Assembly (NCBI GenBank): GCA_002335385.1
Contig: DCVK01000054.1
Span: 27,597-91,596, forward strand
DNA: 64,000 nt
From: Candidatus Aminicenantes bacterium UBA2190
Lineage (GTDB): Bacteria > Acidobacteriota > Aminicenantia > UBA2199
Reading direction: 5' to 3'
The notes beneath the pieces were generated by a model, which was given only the letters and a program-made list of their open reading frames with translations, did not search any database and had not been told where the DNA came from. Of the stretch, positions 40,783 to 49,625 are shown piece by piece; within the stretch, counting starts at the first letter, position 1, and every line of letters starts with the position of its first letter. The position numbers and the translations under genes are program-made.

Positions 40783-41562
40783 ATGATGAAGGACAAGCGC
40801 TTGATCTTTTTTGTCTGCTGGACGTGCCTGGTCATCCCCGTTCTGCTGCCCGGCCAAAAGGGCACCAGCCTCGAGGGGGACATGGACATGCTGCGCAAGC
40901 TGCACTCGACCCAGTCCGAAGGGAAAAAAGGGCTCGACCTTTTGCAGGCCAGGGACTGGGAGGGGGCAGCCGGGCATTTCAACAAATGCCTTAGGATCCT
41001 GCCCCTGCATCCCAATGCCTGCTTCGGCATGGCGACCATCGCCAATCAAATGGGCGATGTCGCCCAGTCGCTGTCCTGGATCGAGCGGGCCGAGACGGGC
41101 TGCCTGGCCCTGCAGCAGGTGTGGGAGAACCAGAGGCCGAACTGGCTGTCGATGTCCAAGGATGACGAGAAGCGCATGCGCGAGCTCGCCGCCCAACACA
41201 TCGGCGGCAGCACCAGCAGCCTCGCCTGCGTATCCGTGGACCGGGCCTACGAGAGCAAGAAAACCGGCCGGACCACCACCAGCGTCATCCAGGGCGGCGC
41301 TTCCCCCTTCGAGATCCCGGCCGAGTTCCACTCCCTGCACGGCAACCTCCTCTTCAAGCTGCGGCGCCTCGACGAAGCCGAGGCCCAATACCTGGAGGCG
41401 CTGGCCAGAGAGCCCGCCCACGAGCGCTGCCTGAACAACCTGATCAACCTCTATTTCGTCACCCGGCGCCTGGACAAGGCGTGCGACTGGCTGGAAAAGG
41501 CCAGCCAGCTCAAGGCCAAGATCAATCCCCTGCTCGAGCAGGCGATCCGCGCAGCGGAATAG
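40783..41562 (+). CDS. Exported TPR-repeat protein
   Basis: Signal peptide; TPR pairs at N- and C-termini (G..L......A...F..CL...P; HGNLLFKL....EA...Y..AL...P). Confidence 0.8.
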   Translation: MMKDKRLIFFVCWTCLVIPVLLPGQKGTSLEGDMDMLRKLHSTQSEGKKGLDLLQARDWEGAAGHFNKCLRILPLHPNACFGMATIANQMGDVAQSLSWIERAETGCLALQQVWENQRPNWLSMSKDDEKRMRELAAQHIGGSTSSLACVSVDRAYESKKTGRTTTSVIQGGASPFEIPAEFHSLHGNLLFKLRRLDEAEAQYLEALAREPAHERCLNNLINLYFVTRRLDKACDWLEKASQLKAKINPLLEQAIRAAE

Positions 41563-41595
41563 GCGAAGCCACGTCAATCGTCATGAATTGAAAGC

Positions 41596-42118
41596 GGTTT
41601 ACGGAGGACGGTAGACGGTTGATGGTTTACGGCAAGAGAAGAAGCAATACGAAGACTAAAATACCAAATCCCAAATACCAAATAACAAACAATATCCAAA
41701 TTCCAAATTCCAATTTCCAAAACGTAAGCCTAGGTAAGTGTCAGTGACAGTGTCCGTGTCAGCAGGGCAATACAAAGTCGAGTGTTAGTGTTAGTGATAG
41801 TGTTAGCAGGAGGCCTGATAGGTGGTGATGCCCCTGATGGGTCTTAACAGGTCTTAGTGGTAGTGATAGTGGTAGTGATAGTGAAGAATGGAATTTTGTG
41901 AAAAGGTATTCTCCAATCGAGCATGCAGATCTGAATATCAATTTTTAAAACAAAAGCCCTTTCAGCGCCTTTTTTCCATGAAGTAATTTTTCTTACTTTA
42001 AACTTTTTACTTTAAACTTTAAACTTTTACGTTGGAATGTCATCTTCCCTCCGCCCTGCGCCTTACACCGATTGCCTTTCTTTCCTCTAGCCACTCACCC
42101 CTTGCCTCTCGCCCAAGG
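41596..42118. repeat. Stack of 6- and 7-mer repeat arms including the conserved chain (41596-41766)
   Basis: GGTTTAC-type x5, AAATTCC 4+4, AGTGTC x4-AGCAGG, AGTGTT x4-AGCAGGAGG (41781-41813), AGTGGT/AGTGAT x5 (41856-41885), ACTTTAA x5 (41995-42029), CCTCTAG-type x5 (42084-42118). Confidence 0.9.
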
Positions 42119-42227
42119 CTTTTTTCATTCTTTTGATCTTTCGCCTAACGCATATCGATAGATCCTTCCTTGGCTGCCACCGTCTTCCGGCTACCGGTCA
42201 CATCCCGATTCCGTCTTTTTCATGTCA

Positions 42228-42256
42228 TTGACACCCGGGACCCGGCGCGATAGAAT
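42228..42256 (+). promoter_or_regulatory. Sigma70-like promoter of MFS operon
   Basis: TTGACA-17-TAGAAT, 12 nt before ATG 42269. Confidence 0.7.
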
Positions 42257-42268
42257 CGATTGCCGCCC

Positions 42269-43654
42269 ATGGAAAAAAGCCACAGCGAAGACCGTTCCCT
42301 GCAGCGCACGACGCTCGTGGTCACCACCCTGAGCTCGCTATTGACGCCGCTGATGGCCTCGGCGATCAGCGTCGCCCTGCCGGCCATCGGCGCCGAGTTC
42401 GCCATGAGCGCCGTCACCCTGGGCTGGGTGGCCAGCGCCTACCTGCTGGCGGCGGCCGTCTTCCTCCTGCCCTTCGGCCGCCTGGCCGATATCCATGGCC
42501 GCAAGAAGGTGTTCACCGTGGGCACGGCGGTGTTCAGCGTCGCCTCGCTGCTGGCCGCCCTGGCGCCCGACACGGTCACCTTCCTCCTCGCCCGCCTGCT
42601 GCAGGGAACGGGCGGGGCCATGATCTTCGGCACCGGCGTGGCCATCCTCACCTCGGTCTTCCCGCCGCGGCGGCGCGGTTGGGTGCTGGGCATCAACGTG
42701 GGGGCGACTTACACCGGCCTTTCGCTGGGCCCGTTCCTCGGCGGACTGCTGACCCATTATCTGGGCTGGCGCTGGGTGTTCCTGCTCAACGTCCCCGTCG
42801 GCCTGCTGGTGCTGGCCGTCGTCAGCCTGAAGCTCAAGCCGGAGTGGGCCGACTCCCGGGGCGAGCCCTTCGACTGGATCGGCTCGCTGGTCTACAGCGC
42901 CATGCTCACCGCCTTCATGCTCGGCTTCACCTGGCTGCCGGGCTGGCGCGGCGCGGCGATGCTGCTGGCCGCGGCGGCGGCGCTCCCGGTTTTCATCGCC
43001 TGGGAGTCGCGCAGCGCCCATCCCATTTTCCCGGCACGGCTCGTGCGCGGCAATACCGTCTTCGCCTTCTCCAACCTGGCGGCGCTGGTCAACTACAGCG
43101 CCACGTTCGCCATCTCGTTCCTGCTCAGCCTCTACCTGCAGTATATCATGGGCTTCACTCCGCGCGACGCCGGGCTGGTGCTGATCGCCCAGCCGCTGGT
43201 CATGGCCCTCTTTTCCCCCGCCGCGGGGCGCCTTTCCGATCGCCTGGAGCCGCGGGTGGTCGCCTCCCTGGGCATGGGCCTGTGCGCCCTGGGCCTGTTC
43301 TTTTTCACCTGGCTGGGGCCGGCGAGCCGCCTGGAGGCCGTCGTGGCCAACCTGATGCTGGTCGGGTTCGGCTTCGCCCTGTTCTCCTCGCCCAACACCA
43401 ACGCCGTCATGGGCGCCATCGAGCGCCGGCAATACGGCGTGGCCTCGGCCACTCTGGGCACCATGCGCATGGTCGGCCAGATGTTGAGCATGGGCGTGGC
43501 CACCCTGGTGTTCTCGCTGTTCATCGGCAAGGCCAGCATAGTCCCGGCCAACTACCCGCTCTTCCTCAAGAGCATGCGCGTGTCGTTCATCGTCTTCTTC
43601 GTGATGTGCTCCGCCGGCGTATTCTTCTCGCTGGCGCGCGGGCGGGTGCGCTGA
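42269..43654 (+). CDS. MFS transporter, DHA2 (14-TM) drug-efflux type
   Basis: VALPAI, GRLADIHGRKK motif A, ARLLQG, GPFLGG, WRWVFLLNVP. Confidence 0.93.
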   Translation: MEKSHSEDRSLQRTTLVVTTLSSLLTPLMASAISVALPAIGAEFAMSAVTLGWVASAYLLAAAVFLLPFGRLADIHGRKKVFTVGTAVFSVASLLAALAPDTVTFLLARLLQGTGGAMIFGTGVAILTSVFPPRRRGWVLGINVGATYTGLSLGPFLGGLLTHYLGWRWVFLLNVPVGLLVLAVVSLKLKPEWADSRGEPFDWIGSLVYSAMLTAFMLGFTWLPGWRGAAMLLAAAAALPVFIAWESRSAHPIFPARLVRGNTVFAFSNLAALVNYSATFAISFLLSLYLQYIMGFTPRDAGLVLIAQPLVMALFSPAAGRLSDRLEPRVVASLGMGLCALGLFFFTWLGPASRLEAVVANLMLVGFGFALFSSPNTNAVMGAIERRQYGVASATLGTMRMVGQMLSMGVATLVFSLFIGKASIVPANYPLFLKSMRVSFIVFFVMCSAGVFFSLARGRVR

Positions 43655-43669
43655 GGACGGCCGCCATCC

Positions 43670-44551
43670 ATGCGCACCGTCCCGGCCTTCGACCTTTTTT
43701 TCATCATTCTCCATGCCCTGCTCATCCCCCTGGTCGGCCTCGCCGCCTGGCTCGTCACCGGCCTCCCGGCGCTACTCGCACTGGCGCTGGCGCTGCTGGC
43801 CGCCTACCTGCTCCTGGCCCTGCGCCGCCCCCTGCGCCGCCGCCAGGCGGCCGGCGCCCCGTTTCCCGGCGAGTGGGGAGAGCTCCTGCTGTCCCGGTCG
43901 CCGTTCTACCGCGGCCTGGACGAAGGCGGCCGGATGCGCTTCGAACGCGACGTGCGCCTGTTCCTGGCCGAGACGCGCATCGCCGGCAGCGGCGGCGCCC
44001 CGGTCTCCTGGACGACGCGGCTGCTGGTCGCTGCCGGCGCCGCGACCATGCTGCACGGACGCCCGGAGTGGGAGCCGCCGCTGCACGACGGGGTGACGGT
44101 CTATCCCGGCTTTGCCTTCGACCGCTACTACCGGCCCGGGCGGGGCAGCATTGCCGGGCAGGCCCCGGCGGGCGGACCGTTGCTGGTGGCGGAAAAGAGC
44201 CTGCTGGAGGGGTTCGCCGGCGAACGCGACGGAATCAACGTCATGATTCACGAGATGGCGCATTATTTTGATCTGGAGGCGAGGAAAGGCGGCCTGCGGG
44301 TCGTCGTCGACCAGGCCCACCCCATTCCCTGGGGAGCGGCCATCGAAAAAGCTTACGGGCGGCATGATTTCTCCGCCTCGCCCCTGCCCGACTATGCCGC
44401 CCGGAACGAAGCCGAGTTCTTCGCCTGCGCCAGCGAGATGTTCTTTGAAGACCCGCGGCGACTCGGCGCCTCCTGCCCGCGGCTGTTCTCCCTGCTGGAG
44501 GAGTTCTATGGGCAGGATCCCCGCGTCGTCCTGGGTGAACGAGCATCCTAG
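43670..44551 (+). CDS. MtfA/M90-family zinc metallopeptidase with N-terminal TM helices
   Basis: YP..F, DG.NV.IHEMAH.FD, YAARNEAEFFACASE.FFE.P, FYGQDP. Confidence 0.88.
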   Translation: MRTVPAFDLFFIILHALLIPLVGLAAWLVTGLPALLALALALLAAYLLLALRRPLRRRQAAGAPFPGEWGELLLSRSPFYRGLDEGGRMRFERDVRLFLAETRIAGSGGAPVSWTTRLLVAAGAATMLHGRPEWEPPLHDGVTVYPGFAFDRYYRPGRGSIAGQAPAGGPLLVAEKSLLEGFAGERDGINVMIHEMAHYFDLEARKGGLRVVVDQAHPIPWGAAIEKAYGRHDFSASPLPDYAARNEAEFFACASEMFFEDPRRLGASCPRLFSLLEEFYGQDPRVVLGERAS

Positions 44552-44645
44552 CTGCGGGGCGTCGGCCGGGGGGAGAGTGCGCTGCGCGGTTTTATTTGTT
44601 TTGTCACTGTGCTATGATTTTCGGCGATCCCGCAAGGAGGACCCG

Positions 44646-45761
44646 ATGGCCGTGAAACGAGCGATCCTGTTCCTGTCGGCCCTTCTTCTGTTTCAGGCGT
44701 CCTGGGCGGCGGCGCCCGTCCCGGAATGGAAGGCGGAAGCCCGGCGGCTCATGGCCCGCGAGAGCGACTACCCGCTGCTGGTCGAATCCCTGCAGCGGCA
44801 ATTCCCGCTGCTGAGCGACAAGGACAAGGCGGCGGCGAGCCTGCTCATCGGCTACTGCCAGTCCCGGGCCGGCAATGCACAGGCCGAGTTGTTCTGGATG
44901 AACAAGTACCTGGGCGAGTTCCGTGCCGCCGCGGTCAACCTGAAGTTCCTTCCCGGCGCAGTGCAGCGGAAGGTCAACGATTTCCGGCTGTCGTGGCAGA
45001 AGGATTTTCCCGTCCTCTGGGAGCTCTCCCTGGCAGCGGAGCATGGCGCGATCGCCTATTTCGATCCCCCCGCCGAGTTGAAACTGCGGCTGCAGGCCTC
45101 GATGCCCTGCGATTTCCAGCTCCTGGCCCGGGACGGAGCGCTGCTGGCCAAGGGGGTGCTGCAGGCCGGCGTCGAGACGGTGCGTCTGCCCGCGGGCGGC
45201 GATTTCTTCCGCAGCGCCAGCCACTCCTACCGCCTGCTGCTGAACCCGCGTAATGCCCCGGAGCGGGCGATCGAGAAGTACTTTTCCGTCGAGCTCGAGT
45301 ACGACATTCCGGCGGAGGCCGAGTTCGACCCTGCGGCCGGGACGCTGAAGCTCAAGGGGCGCGAGCCGCAGCCCGAGCAGGAGACGGAGACGAAGGTCAT
45401 CTCGCAGCGCACGCGTTTCGACAAGGGCCTCTTCAAGAAGACGGTGCTCAAGGACCTGCTGATCGGCGCCGCCTTCTTCGTGGTCAACGCCACCCTGATC
45501 ACGTCGACCATCGACAATGCCGACACCTCGCTGTTCGCCAAGTCCTCGCTGACCGGCGCGCGGCGGGTGTTCAACCTGGCCGGCATCGGCTTCAGCCTGT
45601 CGGCGCTGAGCAAGCTGCCCAAGGTCTTCCAGCGCGAGCGGGTGGTCGAAGAGAAGACCCGCGACCTGCCCGGGGCGCGGGAGGCCAACCAGGCGCTGGA
45701 GCGCGACTTGGCCTCGGTGCGCCGCCAGATCCGCGTCCAGCTGGCCGTGCGGGCGCTTTGA
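44646..45761 (+). CDS. Exported hypothetical protein
   Basis: AAGGAGG RBS, signal peptide, helical N-domain, beta-rich middle, two hydrophobic helices near C-terminus. Confidence 0.75.
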   Translation: MAVKRAILFLSALLLFQASWAAAPVPEWKAEARRLMARESDYPLLVESLQRQFPLLSDKDKAAASLLIGYCQSRAGNAQAELFWMNKYLGEFRAAAVNLKFLPGAVQRKVNDFRLSWQKDFPVLWELSLAAEHGAIAYFDPPAELKLRLQASMPCDFQLLARDGALLAKGVLQAGVETVRLPAGGDFFRSASHSYRLLLNPRNAPERAIEKYFSVELEYDIPAEAEFDPAAGTLKLKGREPQPEQETETKVISQRTRFDKGLFKKTVLKDLLIGAAFFVVNATLITSTIDNADTSLFAKSSLTGARRVFNLAGIGFSLSALSKLPKVFQRERVVEEKTRDLPGAREANQALERDLASVRRQIRVQLAVRAL

Positions 45762-45777
45762 GGCAAGGGAGAGAACG

Positions 45778-46419
45778 ATGAGCAAGAGAACCGTCTTCCT
45801 GTTCCTGGGGCTGAGCTTGGCGGCCTCGCTGTTCGCCGACCTGGGCCTTTCCTTCTCGTTCCTCTCCAGCGAGCGCCTCACGGTCTTCACCCGCAACGCG
45901 ATCTGGAACAAGGATCCTCAGCCTTCTTTCCGCGACACGCTGCTGGTCCTCTCCTCGTTCCATCCCAACCGCCACGAGTTCCTCGTCTTCGGCAACATCA
46001 TCTCGGGGCAGGGGGTGGCGATCGAAAACGGCATCTGGGATACGAAAAAAACCACGCTGGGCATGGGCGTCGGCAAGGTGCTGACCATCCCCGTATCGTT
46101 GCCCAGGCAGTCCCTGGCCTTTGCCCTCGATTTCTCCGCCGGCCCGTTCTTTTACCTGTTCCTGAGCAACCGCTACACCCACGTCTCGGGAGCGTACAAG
46201 AAGGAGGTCGAAGAGGCCAGCATCCTGCACCGCGCGCAATACGGGCTGTACGCGACCGCCCGCCTGCGGCTGCAGGAATTCAAAAAGTACCTGAACGCCA
46301 TTGACGCCAGCCTGGGGCTCCACTTCTTCATGCCCTTCAGCAACCACGAGCGCAACGACGATCCCAAGGCACGCTACCACCTGTTCAAGACATTCCTCTG
46401 CGCCGGCATCTCCTTCTGA
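45778..46419 (+). CDS. Probable small outer-membrane beta-barrel protein
   Basis: Signal peptide, alternating amphipathic strands, C-terminal Phe (FLCAGISF). Confidence 0.65.
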   Translation: MSKRTVFLFLGLSLAASLFADLGLSFSFLSSERLTVFTRNAIWNKDPQPSFRDTLLVLSSFHPNRHEFLVFGNIISGQGVAIENGIWDTKKTTLGMGVGKVLTIPVSLPRQSLAFALDFSAGPFFYLFLSNRYTHVSGAYKKEVEEASILHRAQYGLYATARLRLQEFKKYLNAIDASLGLHFFMPFSNHERNDDPKARYHLFKTFLCAGISF

Positions 46420-46464
46420 CCCGCCCGGCGCGGCGCCGGCGATCCGTTCTTCCCCCGTTTCGCG

Positions 46465-49374
46465 TCAGATTCCGCTGCCGCCGTCGACGCGGTTGCGCCC
46501 CTGCTGCTTGATGCGGTAGAGGGCCTGGTCGGCGCGGGCGATGAACTGGCTGGCCTCGGTGGTGGGCGGCGGGATGATGGAGGCCACCCCCAGGCTGAGC
46601 GTGACAACGGGAGAGACCGGCGAGGCGGGATGGGGGATGGCCAGGTTGGCGATGGCGGCGCGGATGGCCTCGGCGATGGCCAGCGCCCCCTCGTTCCCCG
46701 TCCCCGGCAGCAGCAGGAAGAACTCGTCACCGCCGGTGCGCGCGGCCAGGTCAGCGGGGCGCTTGGCCTGGGCGCGGATGGCGGCGGCGACCTGGCGCAG
46801 GCACTCGTCGCCCTGCTGGTGGCCCAGGTTGTCGTTGTAGGGCTTGAAATGGTCGATGTCGGCGGCGATCAGCGACAGCGGCTTCTTCTCGCGGCCGGCC
46901 ACCGCCCACTCCTTGTGGAAGGTCTCGTAGAACGTGCGGTGATTGGCCAGGTCGGTCAGGCCGTCGAAGCGCGCCAGGTGCTGCAGCTGCACGGTGCGCT
47001 CGTCCACGATGCGCTCCAGCTTGCGTTCGCGCGCCCTGGCCCGGCGCAGCAGGAATAAGAAAAAACCGGCGACCAGCAGCAGCGAGCCGAAGGCCAGCAG
47101 CCCCTTGAAAAGGGTGGTTTGCGTGAAAAAGGGTTTCAGGGTGAAGGCGAAGGATGCGCCTTCGCGATTCCATATGCCGTCGCCGTTGCCGGCGATGACG
47201 CGGAAGGTGTAATTTCCCGGCGGCAGGTTGGTGTAGAAGGCGGAGCGGCGGTTGCCCGCCTGGACCCAGCCGGCATCGTAGCCCACCAGGCGGTAAGCGA
47301 AGCGCATCTTGTCCACCAGCAAAAAGCTGATGGCCGTGTAGTCGACCTCGACGTTTCCCTGGCCGGGCGGTACGATCGCCGGAGCGGTCCGCCCAGTGGC
47401 GCAGGAACTGCCGTTGATGCGCACCTGCTCGATCGCCACCGGAGGCTTGACCTGGTTGAGGTGCTGGCGGTCGGGATCGAACATGGCCAGGCCGCGGATG
47501 GTGGGGAACCACATGCGGCCCTGGCGGTCGATGCAGCCGGCGGGGGAGGCGGGGCCGCTGCTCTCGGTCACATTGATCCCCTCCGATTTGCCATAGGAGA
47601 CACAGGGGATGCGGCGCAGGCGGCCGAGGGCGAAGGCGATCAGATCGCCCTTGGCCACGTTGTAGATCCCCTTGTTGCCGTTCAGCCACAGCCGGCCCCC
47701 GGAGTCTTCAAGGACCTGGAAAGCCTGGTCGCTGTACATGCCGTCGCGGCTGGTGAAGCGGTGCACCCGGTCGTTATGGATCCAGAGCAGCCCGGCATGG
47801 TCGGTGCCGGCCCAGATGTTGCCCTCGGCGTCGGCGTGGATGGCCCAGACGGGCTGGTCGGAGATGTCCTCGCCCCCGCAGGCGCGGAAGCGCCCGGCCT
47901 CGAGCACGGCCAAACCGCCGTTGAATACTCCGGCCCATATGCGCCCCCGCTTGTCCTCGGCCAGCGAGTACACGTAGTTGTCGGGAAGGCCGTCCGCAGT
48001 GGTGTAGGTGGTGACCCGGCCGTCCTCTATGCAGTAGAGCCCCCCGCCGTTGCTGCCGGCCCAGACGCGGTCGCGGCCGTCCACCAGCAGTGAGCGGATG
48101 ATGTTGTTGGCCAGCCCGGGGACGCGGGTGAAGCGCGAGGGCCGGGCCGCATCGGGGAGACGGAAGAGGCCGCCGCCGTAAGTTCCCACCCAGAGGCCGC
48201 CGTCGTGTCCCTGGGCGATCGACCAGACGTGCTCGTTGGCCAGCCCCTGGCGGCGATCGAAGGTCTGCCATTGCCCCTGGTGGAAACAGGCCAGCCCGCC
48301 GCCGACCGTGCCAACCCATATGGCGCCCTGGCGGTCCTCGAATACCGCGCGCACGGGGTCGACCGGCAGGCCGTTGCGCGAGCCGTAGCGGATGAACTTG
48401 TCCTCCTTCAGCTGAATCAGCCCGTCGCGGGTGCCGACCCACAGGCTGCCCTCACGGTCCTCCAGGATGGCGCGCCCCGATGTCAATCCACCCAGCTGCT
48501 GGTTCAGGACAGAGACCGCGCCGCGGTGGATGCGGTTGACCGGTTCCTGGTTGGTGCCGACCCACATCACGCCGTGGCGGTCGCGGTAGATGGTGCGGAT
48601 GTCCCCTGACGACAACGGCTTCTCCAGTGGGGCGAAGCGGCCGTCCTGCCAGGTGACCACGCCGCCGCCGCTGGTGCCGACCCACAGCGTCCCCTGCGGG
48701 TCGAGAAAAAGGGCGCGGATATCGTCGTGAGGCAGGCCCTTGCCGGCATGGAAAACTTCCACCTTGCCGTCGGCGCGCAGATGGTTCAGCCCGCGGCCGG
48801 TGCCGACCCAGAGGCCGCCGGCCCCATCCTCGGCCAGGGCGGCGATGTAGTCGGAGGAGAATTTCTGGTTGGCCTGGATCGGGCGAAAACGGCTGCCCTG
48901 CCAGCGGTGCAATCCGCCGGTGGTGCCGACCCACAGGGCGCCGGCATGGTCCTGGTATATGCAGAGGATGGAGGTGTTGCTCAGCCCATGCTCCTGGTCG
49001 AAGCGCTCGAAGCCCCTGGCGCCCAGGCGCAGGAGGCCGGCGGTCGTCCCTACCCAGAGGCGCCCGTCCCGGTCTTCCAGCAGCGCCTTGATGCCGTTGC
49101 TCTCCATTTGCGGCGTGTTGCCCTTGTCGAATACGGTGAAATCGTGGCCGTCGAAGCGGGCCAGTCCTTCGTAGGTGCCCAGCCACAGAAAGCCGTCGCG
49201 GGTCTGGACCAGGGCCAGCACCGAGCTCTGCGGCAGGCCGTTCTCGGCCGAGTAGGTCTCCACCGTGTAGTCTTCGATCTGCAAATCGGGGTCGAGGGCG
49301 GGCAGCGGGGCCAAGCCGGCGGCAAAAAGCAGAAAAAGCGGCACAACTGTCCGCAGGATCGGACGTTTCAGCAT
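46465..49374 (-). CDS. Reg_prop beta-propeller/Y_Y_Y sensor diguanylate cyclase
   Basis: Many D..G.LWVGT..GL repeats, YTNLPPGNYTFRV, TM, DGLTDLAN, DIDHFK.YND..GH, RPAD I-site, GGDEF. Confidence 0.93.
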   Translation of the reverse strand: MLKRPILRTVVPLFLLFAAGLAPLPALDPDLQIEDYTVETYSAENGLPQSSVLALVQTRDGFLWLGTYEGLARFDGHDFTVFDKGNTPQMESNGIKALLEDRDGRLWVGTTAGLLRLGARGFERFDQEHGLSNTSILCIYQDHAGALWVGTTGGLHRWQGSRFRPIQANQKFSSDYIAALAEDGAGGLWVGTGRGLNHLRADGKVEVFHAGKGLPHDDIRALFLDPQGTLWVGTSGGGVVTWQDGRFAPLEKPLSSGDIRTIYRDRHGVMWVGTNQEPVNRIHRGAVSVLNQQLGGLTSGRAILEDREGSLWVGTRDGLIQLKEDKFIRYGSRNGLPVDPVRAVFEDRQGAIWVGTVGGGLACFHQGQWQTFDRRQGLANEHVWSIAQGHDGGLWVGTYGGGLFRLPDAARPSRFTRVPGLANNIIRSLLVDGRDRVWAGSNGGGLYCIEDGRVTTYTTADGLPDNYVYSLAEDKRGRIWAGVFNGGLAVLEAGRFRACGGEDISDQPVWAIHADAEGNIWAGTDHAGLLWIHNDRVHRFTSRDGMYSDQAFQVLEDSGGRLWLNGNKGIYNVAKGDLIAFALGRLRRIPCVSYGKSEGINVTESSGPASPAGCIDRQGRMWFPTIRGLAMFDPDRQHLNQVKPPVAIEQVRINGSSCATGRTAPAIVPPGQGNVEVDYTAISFLLVDKMRFAYRLVGYDAGWVQAGNRRSAFYTNLPPGNYTFRVIAGNGDGIWNREGASFAFTLKPFFTQTTLFKGLLAFGSLLLVAGFFLFLLRRARARERKLERIVDERTVQLQHLARFDGLTDLANHRTFYETFHKEWAVAGREKKPLSLIAADIDHFKPYNDNLGHQQGDECLRQVAAAIRAQAKRPADLAARTGGDEFFLLLPGTGNEGALAIAEAIRAAIANLAIPHPASPVSPVVTLSLGVASIIPPPTTEASQFIARADQALYRIKQQGRNRVDGGSGI

Positions 49375-49625
49375 GCAATACTCTCCCTGGGGAATGTTAT
49401 ATATGAAAAGCAACTGTCTTTCAAGCTTCATCCGTCAGTTTGTGCTGAGCGCCGGTCTTGCGCCTGGATCCCCGCGCCGCTGCAGCTGAAAATGTGTTGT
49501 TGAGAAGTCATGCCGATTTGTCCTGTTTTAAAGACACAAATTGCCGATTTGCCTGGCATGGGAAATGCTTATGTTTAACCGGAACTCCGATATCTTGTCC
49601 CGCGTGAGGGATGAATGGAGGAAGC

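Noticed and set aside
41888-41986. 32-codon ORF (MEFCEKVFSNR...) in the AT-rich core of the repeat stack as cargo gene
   Set aside because: No RBS and no recognisable family; cannot be distinguished from chance.
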